Shown: in pieces, positions 57,411 through 64,000 of the stretch
Numbering within the stretch: the stretch's first letter is position 1
How the letters are laid out: every line of letters begins with the position of its first letter
Origin: Candidatus Kaiserbacteria bacterium RIFCSPHIGHO2_01_FULL_53_31
Lineage (GTDB): Bacteria; Patescibacteriota; Minisyncoccia; Phycocordibacterales; Phycocordibacteraceae
Direction of reading: 5' to 3'
DNA length: 64,000 nucleotides
Assembly (NCBI GenBank): GCA_001781095.1
Contig: MFKU01000005.1
Coordinates: forward strand, 3,651 to 67,650
Position numbers and translations under genes: made by a program
The notes under the pieces: generated by a model
What the model was told of the DNA's origin: nothing
The model's database searches: none
Seen by the model: only the letters and a program-made list of their open reading frames with translations

Positions 57411-58418
57411 ATGCGTTCTCGCGTTTCTCTTTTTATATATCTGCTCGTTATCGTTGCTGCAGTAGTGCCAAGTGTTACCCATGCAGCCATACCGTTTTTC
57501 GGACCGATCATTCCAGAAGCACAGGCGCTTTGTCCAGGCAGCTGGGCACTCGTTATCACGGTTCTGAATAATATCATCGCATTCGCTATTACGGCCGTGA
57601 TAATTTTCGTAGCACCACTCATGCTCGCATATGCCGGATTTCTCTACGTCGCGAACCCGGTAAGTCCTGGCGGCATCAGTAAAGCAAAGGACGTCCTTTT
57701 CAATACGATCGGGGGCACCATTGTCGCTCTTGCGGCTTGGCTCATTATCGCAGCGATCATGGCCGTTCTGTATGACCCGAGCGCCGTGGGGAAAACGTGG
57801 CAGAGTCTTGTTACAGCGAGGAGTAATGACGCTCTCTGCATTGATATTGCAGGAAGCCTTAATCAGGTGGTTCCCGGTACATATGTAACCGGTATAGATG
57901 CGGGCAGCGGTCAGTTCCTCACACTTCCGACGAGTGGAGACTGTCAGGCGGGCAATCTTATGGACGCGACGGCTGGCAGCCCCTATGCGTTGAATCAGGA
58001 GCAAGCGAATACGTTGTCTTGCATTGCGGTACCTGAAAGCAGGTGCGGTGCACGCACGACCGGAGCGCGAACGCCGGAAGGGAAGCCGACGAGCGCGAGC
58101 GGCATGTTTCAAATCGTGTTTGGATCGGGCAATGATACCTGTCACAACCTTAACATTCCAGCGTGTTCGCAAGCAGCCGGAGTGAGCGGTAATCTTAATT
58201 GCTACCAACAATTTAGCGGCGGATCTCCGAAGAGAGATAGCAAGGGTAACATCACGGCGGCCGCTGCAGCGTGTCAACGTGCCGCGGCGAACGTTACCTG
58301 CAATGCGCAGGCGGCGGCGTGTCTCGTTAAGGCGGATAAAGGCTTTAGCGCATGGACCGCTGATAGACGGGCCGCGACGCAACGCAATTGCATTACTCAA
58401 TATGCCAGTCTAAGGTAA
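57411..58418 (+). CDS. membrane-anchored Cys-rich protein with an SLT-like (lytic transglycosylase family 1) motif
   Basis: Signal peptide + two TM helices; then a 12-Cys extracytoplasmic domain with ...PESRCGARTTGARTPEGKPTSASGMFQIV (ES...xxGxxGLMQ-like); start at MRSRVSLF uncertain. Confidence 0.45.
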   Translation: MRSRVSLFIYLLVIVAAVVPSVTHAAIPFFGPIIPEAQALCPGSWALVITVLNNIIAFAITAVIIFVAPLMLAYAGFLYVANPVSPGGISKAKDVLFNTIGGTIVALAAWLIIAAIMAVLYDPSAVGKTWQSLVTARSNDALCIDIAGSLNQVVPGTYVTGIDAGSGQFLTLPTSGDCQAGNLMDATAGSPYALNQEQANTLSCIAVPESRCGARTTGARTPEGKPTSASGMFQIVFGSGNDTCHNLNIPACSQAAGVSGNLNCYQQFSGGSPKRDSKGNITAAAAACQRAAANVTCNAQAAACLVKADKGFSAWTADRRAATQRNCITQYASLR

Positions 58419-58421
58419 ATT

Positions 58422-59000
58422 ATGACTATGAAATGGTATTTCATTAGTGGCGCGGCACTCATCATCATCGCATCAGCGCTATTCATCATGTTCCGCACGA
58501 CGCCAAAGGAGGATTCTCCTCAACCGACACCGGGATTGCCGGTTGCAAGTTCGACAACTCCAGGTACGGATGGATCCAGTCAACCGGGAACTGCGCAGAT
58601 ATCTGTTGCCACCAGGAGTGGCGGCGCGATTGCTGTCGCTGATTTCATTCACAACGGCGAAACGGTCGCTGACGTTGTGAACCCGGGTTCATTTGTGCTC
58701 GCGGGCAGTCTCGGCTACTGTCTCGCTGACGGCTCGTGCCCAACAGGAGCGCCAGCGGATAGCTTCACCATTTCGTACAACGAGAACACACATTTCTTCA
58801 ATGTCGTTCTGCTCACCGAACCGATCGGAGCAGCGCGCCGCGAAGCAGAACAATTCTTCATTAGCCGTCTCGGCATAGTGCCTGAACAGGCATGCGGTCT
58901 GATTTATTCCATTGGAGCTCCGTATTGGGTCAATACGACTTATGACGACAGAAATCTCGGATTCAGTTTCTGTCCCGGTGCGACAGTGTTGCCGGAATAA
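58422..59000 (+). CDS. membrane-anchored hypothetical protein
   Basis: N-terminal TM, Pro/Thr-rich linker, Cys-containing C-terminal domain; starts 4 nt after the previous stop. Confidence 0.5.
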   Translation: MTMKWYFISGAALIIIASALFIMFRTTPKEDSPQPTPGLPVASSTTPGTDGSSQPGTAQISVATRSGGAIAVADFIHNGETVADVVNPGSFVLAGSLGYCLADGSCPTGAPADSFTISYNENTHFFNVVLLTEPIGAARREAEQFFISRLGIVPEQACGLIYSIGAPYWVNTTYDDRNLGFSFCPGATVLPE

Positions 59001-59823
59001 CATGCTCGTCTCGCAGTTTGCGCAGCCACGCTTTCTGATGTCGCGCATACTGCCAGAGTTTTGAAGAGAGGGCAGGGAACAGAGATGCTTCCGTTCGCTC
59101 CCCTTGCAGAAATTCTCCTACGATTTTGTATTCGAGTCCGAGCTCATTTAAACGTTGGCCTCCGACAAGCGCTCGAATACGACCAACCTCAGCAGTAAGT
59201 CCGCGCCCAAAAGCGCTCTTGAGACGCGTATCGATCCTCTCTCTGAGTTCTGTCATGGGCGGATTAATAATGATCCATTCCACGTCATACTTCGACTCAG
59301 ACCGACTGCGCTCTGGCACATGGCCGTGGGTGTGTATTATCTCGAGCGCTCGAATGAGTCGTCGGCGATTTAGCGGGTCTAGTTCCTGTGCTCGACGAGG
59401 ATCCAGAGCGAGCACACGCGAATAAAGATCTTCAGTAGGCAGATGTTCCATTTCTCGCCGCAGATATGCGTCGGTAGGGCTCTCTCGAGGAAGACCGTGG
59501 ATGAGGGCATCGAAATAGAAATGAGTTCCGCCGACAAGTATCGGTAGTTTGCCGCGAGTTGAAATATCCTCAATCAAACGACTGGCATCAGCGACGAAAT
59601 CACCGGCCGAATAACTTTCATTCACGTTTCGCACATCGATCAGGTGATGAGGTACACCACACATTTCTTCGTGTGTGGATTTCTCTGTCCCGATATCGAG
59701 GCCCCGATATACTTGTCGCGAATCGACAGAAATAATCTCGCCATTTCTCGAGAACGCCTCCTCAATCGCGCGCGCAGACTTACCCGACGCAGTCGTTCCC
59801 GCAATACATAAAATCTTAACCAT
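58963..59823 (-). CDS. miaA: tRNA dimethylallyltransferase
   Basis: P-loop GTTASGKS; ...VDSRQVYRGLDIGTEK...; ...LVGGTHFYFDAL. Confidence 0.85.
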   Translation of the reverse strand: MVKILCIAGTTASGKSARAIEEAFSRNGEIISVDSRQVYRGLDIGTEKSTHEEMCGVPHHLIDVRNVNESYSAGDFVADASRLIEDISTRGKLPILVGGTHFYFDALIHGLPRESPTDAYLRREMEHLPTEDLYSRVLALDPRRAQELDPLNRRRLIRALEIIHTHGHVPERSRSESKYDVEWIIINPPMTELRERIDTRLKSAFGRGLTAEVGRIRALVGGQRLNELGLEYKIVGEFLQGERTEASLFPALSSKLWQYARHQKAWLRKLRDEHVIPATLSHRDRN

Positions 59824-59827
59824 ATAG

Positions 59828-59909
59828 TGCCGGGAGAGAGAATCGAACTCTCATGACTTGCGTCGACGGGTTTTGAATCCGTTGCGTCTACCAATTCCGC
59901 CATCCCGGC
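59828..59909 (-). tRNA. tRNA-Leu (CAA), long variable arm
   Basis: GCCGGGA-UG-GCGGAAUUGGUAGACGC-A-ACGGA-UUCAAAA-CCCGU-CGACGCAAGUCAUG-AGAGUUCGAUUCUCU-CUCCCGGC-A; close to E. coli tRNA-Leu. Confidence 0.8.
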
Positions 59910-59965
59910 AATGTATTGCACAGTAACATTTCGCGAACAGAATTTCATCATGCTAAAATCATCGC

Positions 59966-60943
59966 ATGCCAGACGAAGCTCGCTATATCCCGACCAAATA
60001 TGATTCGGTCTTTTGGATCGACGTTGGCCGTATTCAGCCAAATCCCTATCAGCCACGTCGGGAATTTAGCGAAGAGGGTTTGAAGTCGCTCGCCGAGAGC
60101 ATCAGGCAATATGGAGTTCTCCAGCCGCTTGTGGTCAGCCGTACCGATATCGAGAAGTCGGAGGGCGGTCTCGAGAGCGTGTACGAGCTCATTGCCGGCG
60201 AACGACGGCTTCGCGCGAGCAGGCTCGCGGGATTGAAACAGATACCGGTCGTCATCCGCTCAGGAGAAAGCAATCTCACAAAGCTCGAACTCGCCATTAT
60301 CGAAAATCTGCAGCGAGAAGATTTGAACGCAATCGATCGCGCAAAAGCGCTGCAGAAGCTCGTCGAAGAATTTGGCATCTCGCATGTTGAGACGGCAGCG
60401 AAGATCGGGAAGAGTCGCGAGTACGTCTCAAATAGTATCCGTCTTCTCGCACTGCCCGAGCATATACAGAGCGCAGTAATAGGGAAGGAAATAAGTGAGG
60501 GTCATGCACGCACATTGCTCGCGCTCACCGATCATCCAGAAGAGCGTGAGACACTTTTCAAGGAAATTATTTTGAAAAAGCTCTCAGTTCGCGCGGCGGA
60601 GCGAATTTCGCGCTCGATTGCTCAGGAACGTGTGCGAAAGCATCATCGTAAAACGCCCGAGATGATGGAAATTGAAAAGTCGCTTACCGAAACGCTCGGC
60701 ACGCGCGTCATTATCGAGACGAATGCTGAAGGAGGTCGGCTTCTTATCGACTTCTTCTCGCCCGATGAGCTGACGCATCTCGCAGCTGCTCTCGTCGCTG
60801 AGCAGAATTCGCAAGACACGACACATGAATCGCAGGCGGCATATCCGAACACAACACAACTCATAGATGATCCAGTACCGCCTCCAGCGCCGGAAGAATC
60901 TCCCGACGACGAACTCTACTCGGTATCGGGCTTTACGGTTTGA
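59966..60943 (+). CDS. parB: ParB/Spo0J-family partition protein
   Basis: ...LQPLVV...ELIAGERRLRASRLAGL..IPVVI; HTH; C-terminal dimerisation region; no parA adjacent. Confidence 0.8.
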   Translation: MPDEARYIPTKYDSVFWIDVGRIQPNPYQPRREFSEEGLKSLAESIRQYGVLQPLVVSRTDIEKSEGGLESVYELIAGERRLRASRLAGLKQIPVVIRSGESNLTKLELAIIENLQREDLNAIDRAKALQKLVEEFGISHVETAAKIGKSREYVSNSIRLLALPEHIQSAVIGKEISEGHARTLLALTDHPEERETLFKEIILKKLSVRAAERISRSIAQERVRKHHRKTPEMMEIEKSLTETLGTRVIIETNAEGGRLLIDFFSPDELTHLAAALVAEQNSQDTTHESQAAYPNTTQLIDDPVPPPAPEESPDDELYSVSGFTV

Positions 60944-62531
60944 TTTTCTTCCCGCTTATTCGCGGTCGGCGGCGGATCACTTTATCGGGCTCGGTCATGC
61001 CAAGAGCAATACGAATCTGTTTGCGAGCGAGAGACGTCCGCACATGCTCGAGCCATTTCGTCGAAGGGTGAGCAGAGTCGCGTCGCATAATTTCAACAAC
61101 ATCTCCATTGCTAAGAGGTGTGTCAAAAGATACAAGCTTGCTATTCACTTTTGCGCCCTGCAAGTGATTCCCGAGGTCAGTATGTATGGCGAAAGCAAAA
61201 TCTATCGGCGTCGAGGCTGACGGTAGATCGACGACATCGCCCTTCGGGGTAAAGACGAACACGCGGTGCGAGAAGAAATCCGCTTTGAGACCTTCGACGA
61301 AATCTTCCGAACCCCTCACCTCTAGATGTGCATCAGCGAGCTCTGTAAGCCATGGCGGCGGCTTCGCGATTCCCTCATCGGGCTGTATGCTCGCGCTCGA
61401 TACTTTCATCAATGAAGGAATAAGAGAACGCACCCATGAAAAGGAGAGTGAGGAGAAGCGACTTTTCTGCGTGCCTTTGGAAAGCTTCTCAATTCCTTTC
61501 CCCAGCTGCTTGTATGACATGTGCGAGGCGATACCGAACTGCGCGCGGCGGTGCATCTCTTCCGTCCTAATTTGAATTTCGACAATACCAGCCTCTGGAG
61601 TGACAACCGTCGTATGCAATGATTGATACCCATTCGGTTTTGGGAATGAAATGTAATCTTTGAACTCGCCCGGAAGCGGTTTATAGATTGCATGCACAGA
61701 GCCAAGTGCCGCGTAGCAATCTTCAATTGTCGGCACGACGATTCTGAGCGCAGCGATGTCGTAAATGCGCGTAATATCGTCGCCTTTACGCTTCAATTTC
61801 TGATGGAGACTCCACAATCCCTTGAGCCGAATATCGGTACGAAACACCATCAGATTTTTCTTTGCGAGCTCGCGCTTAATTTCTTTTTGTACCTTCGCAA
61901 GCCCTGCCTCGGTTTCTTTCGTTTTTGACTTCCGTACCTCTGCAGTGTGCCGTGCGGCATCAGGGTCGACATAGGGGAAGGCGAGGTCTTCGAGGTCGCG
62001 CTTCATCATCCCCATGCCGAGACGATTGGCGATTGGCGCAAATATCTCCAGTGTTTCGAGCGCAATGCGGCGCTGTTTGTGCTCTGGTACATGCTTGAGC
62101 GTCTGCATATTGTGATAGCGATCCGCCAACTTCACGATGAGTACGCGAATATCACTCGCCGTAGCGACCAGGAGGCGGCGAAGGCTTTCCGCGTGTCGCT
62201 CGGCACCGCGATATTTGTGCTTACCAAGCTTCGTTACGCCATCTACGATAAACAGAAGTTCCTTCCCAAACTCCTTCTCAACCTCCTCGCGTGTGATACC
62301 GCCATCTTCCACTGCGTCATGCAAAAGCCCGGCAGCAATGGTCGTCGAATCCATGCCGTACTCTGCAAGAATCTTGGCAACGGCAGAGGGATGTATGAAA
62401 TAGGGCTCGCCAGAGAACCGCGTGTTTGACGCATGCGCTTTCTCGGAACACGTATACGCCTTTTCTATGAACGCGGTATCTTCTGGAGACGGGGTCAACA
62501 TTGCTCCGATGATCTCCTTGACAGTCGTCAT
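60933..62531 (-). CDS. rel: RelA/SpoT-family (p)ppGpp synthetase/hydrolase, short form
   Basis: HD domain HPSAVAKIL...LLHDAVED; synthetase core; TGS-like VFVFTPKGDVVDLP. Confidence 0.85.
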   Translation of the reverse strand: MTTVKEIIGAMLTPSPEDTAFIEKAYTCSEKAHASNTRFSGEPYFIHPSAVAKILAEYGMDSTTIAAGLLHDAVEDGGITREEVEKEFGKELLFIVDGVTKLGKHKYRGAERHAESLRRLLVATASDIRVLIVKLADRYHNMQTLKHVPEHKQRRIALETLEIFAPIANRLGMGMMKRDLEDLAFPYVDPDAARHTAEVRKSKTKETEAGLAKVQKEIKRELAKKNLMVFRTDIRLKGLWSLHQKLKRKGDDITRIYDIAALRIVVPTIEDCYAALGSVHAIYKPLPGEFKDYISFPKPNGYQSLHTTVVTPEAGIVEIQIRTEEMHRRAQFGIASHMSYKQLGKGIEKLSKGTQKSRFSSLSFSWVRSLIPSLMKVSSASIQPDEGIAKPPPWLTELADAHLEVRGSEDFVEGLKADFFSHRVFVFTPKGDVVDLPSASTPIDFAFAIHTDLGNHLQGAKVNSKLVSFDTPLSNGDVVEIMRRDSAHPSTKWLEHVRTSLARKQIRIALGMTEPDKVIRRRPRISGKKIKP

Positions 62532-62599
62532 AGAGACATACTATACACTGCTCTTATGTACTACCAAGCCAGTGAGAGATAGATGAATGTAACGCCGTT

Positions 62600-64000
62600 T
62601 TATTTCAAATATTCCGCGGCTTGATCGGGCGTAAGAGTGTTAACACTTACCGAATCAGAGAGGTAGATGCGGCGTAGTCCTTTCCTGAGAAAGAATCCTT
62701 GCTTCGATTTATAGAGTACAAGCTTCCTGCCCGTCTTAGGATGCGGACCAATCTCGCGCATGACGGTGGCGCCGCGCGGCGGTTTCTTTGGCTCCTTGAG
62801 GAGCGCGACGGCTTCATCGAGCGTTATGGTGTAGGGATCGCTCTTTTTTATCGATCTAAATTCGCTCTCGCTGCCGACATACGGGCCAAATCGGCCTGTA
62901 TTTGCGAAAACTGGTTTGCCAGTATTTGGATCCGTTCCGAGTTCGCGTGGAAGTGAGAGATATTTGACGGCATCAGTAAGGGTCACCTTAGAGATATCAA
63001 CGCCCGCAGGAATGCTCGCACGCTTGGCAGCAGGCTTCTTCGATTTGTGTTTTTTCTTTCCTGTCTGCTTCAGCTCCGGATCGCCGCTCGCTGATACGAT
63101 TGACATCTCCACATATGGACCGAACCGTCCATTTTTCAAATATATTGCGGCACCGGTCTCGGGATGCGTACCGATCGGCTCATCATTCTTAAGCTCCGCA
63201 CCTTCCTCAGTTCGTGCGCCAAGACAGTCAGGATAGCGCTTGCAACTCATGAATACGCCGCCACGTCCGAGTTTAAATTCCATTGCACTGTTACAGAGAG
63301 GGCAGGGGAACTCCGCACCAGCATCGCCAAGCGATGTCGCCTTCGGCAGTTTGTCTTTCGAGCGCACTTCCTTCTCGAACGGAACATAGAAATTTTTCAG
63401 CGTTTCGGTATAGCCGCGCTCGCCGCGCGCTATCTCGTCGAGTTCATCTTCCATCTCTGCAGTAAACGTGTCGCTCACGTACGTCGGGAAATTTTCTTCG
63501 AGCCAGCCTGAGACAACCATGCCGGTCGCTGTTGGCTTCAGAGCGCGGCCGAGCTTCTCGACATACCCGCGATCCTGAATGGTCTTCATAATTGACGCGT
63601 AGGTCGATGGTCTGCCGATGCCGCGCTTCTCGAGCTCTTTAATGAGTCCTGCTTCGGTGTAGCGGTTCGGTGGCTCAGTCTGCTTCTCATCCGAATCGAG
63701 TGAAAGCAGTTTAAGAGATTCGCCCTGGGCGACTTTTGGCAGTTCGACATCCTCGCCGCGAGCCCTCGTGTCGAGTGCGAGCCATCCTGGAAAGAGAACA
63801 CGCGAACCGTTTGCGGCAAATAGAGGAATGTCTGCGTCAGCTTTAGCCGAGATATTCGTGCGCATTATTCGCGCGGGCGCCATCTGCGAAGCCAATGCAC
63901 GGATGCGAATAAGCTCGTACAGCTGTACCTCGTCCGACGTCGCACCGGCATGTATGCGCGACGGATCCGTGGGGCGGACGGCCTCGTGCGCTTCCTGAGC
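62600..64000 (-). CDS. topA: DNA topoisomerase I (C-terminal two-thirds; N-terminus beyond the window edge)
   Basis: IGRPSTYASIMKTIQDRGYV; Zn-ribbon CPLCNSAMEFK...CKRYPDC; the in-frame translation continues to position 64000 (..AHEAVRPTDPSR..). Confidence 0.9.
   Translation of the reverse strand, partial: AQEAHEAVRPTDPSRIHAGATSDEVQLYELIRIRALASQMAPARIMRTNISAKADADIPLFAANGSRVLFPGWLALDTRARGEDVELPKVAQGESLKLLSLDSDEKQTEPPNRYTEAGLIKELEKRGIGRPSTYASIMKTIQDRGYVEKLGRALKPTATGMVVSGWLEENFPTYVSDTFTAEMEDELDEIARGERGYTETLKNFYVPFEKEVRSKDKLPKATSLGDAGAEFPCPLCNSAMEFKLGRGGVFMSCKRYPDCLGARTEEGAELKNDEPIGTHPETGAAIYLKNGRFGPYVEMSIVSASGDPELKQTGKKKHKSKKPAAKRASIPAGVDISKVTLTDAVKYLSLPRELGTDPNTGKPVFANTGRFGPYVGSESEFRSIKKSDPYTITLDEAVALLKEPKKPPRGATVMREIGPHPKTGRKLVLYKSKQGFFLRKGLRRIYLSDSVSVNTLTPDQAAEYLK

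Noticed and set aside
57378-58400. 340-aa minus-strand ORF
   Set aside because: Arg/Cys-rich low-complexity translation, fully antisense to the better-supported SLT-like gene; typical high-GC shadow ORF.
1-64000. CRISPR arrays, reverse transcriptase/DGR, transposases, integrases
   Set aside because: Looked for direct-repeat/spacer periodicity, YxDD RT motifs and DDE/tyrosine-recombinase hallmarks among all ORFs; none found.

Overview
The window reads as a chromosomal region of a small-genome, CPR/Patescibacteria-like bacterium with about 57% GC; the phylum call is inference from gene content only. Recognisable housekeeping genes include uppS, an OmpR-type response regulator with a hybrid histidine kinase, a peroxiredoxin, a lexA plus Y-family polymerase SOS cassette, a MacAB/HlyD-like ABC efflux trio, def-fmt, murA, two mreB paralogs (one in mreBCD-mrdA), holB, frr, rseP, proS, clpB, rpmG, miaA, parB, rel and a partial topA. 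Accessory content includes a divergent pair of giant secreted metalloproteases with dockerin-like C-termini, a GH130 + HAD + cupin mannoside operon, three tRNAs, and a low-GC islet beside tRNA-Trp. The most unusual item is a tRNA (probably Asn-GUU) interrupted by a roughly 252-nt group I intron. Other notable items are a PD-(D/E)xK-like orphan nuclease, a membrane-anchored Cys-rich SLT-like protein, and two families of repeated intergenic elements: palindromic terminator hairpins, and a CCGCTGG...ATGTTCGAACC modular repeat found four times in 3 kb. The lexA promoter carries a Cheo-type (GAAC-N4-GTTC) LexA box and TGA is used as a stop codon, so the standard code applies. No CRISPR array, reverse transcriptase or transposase was seen.
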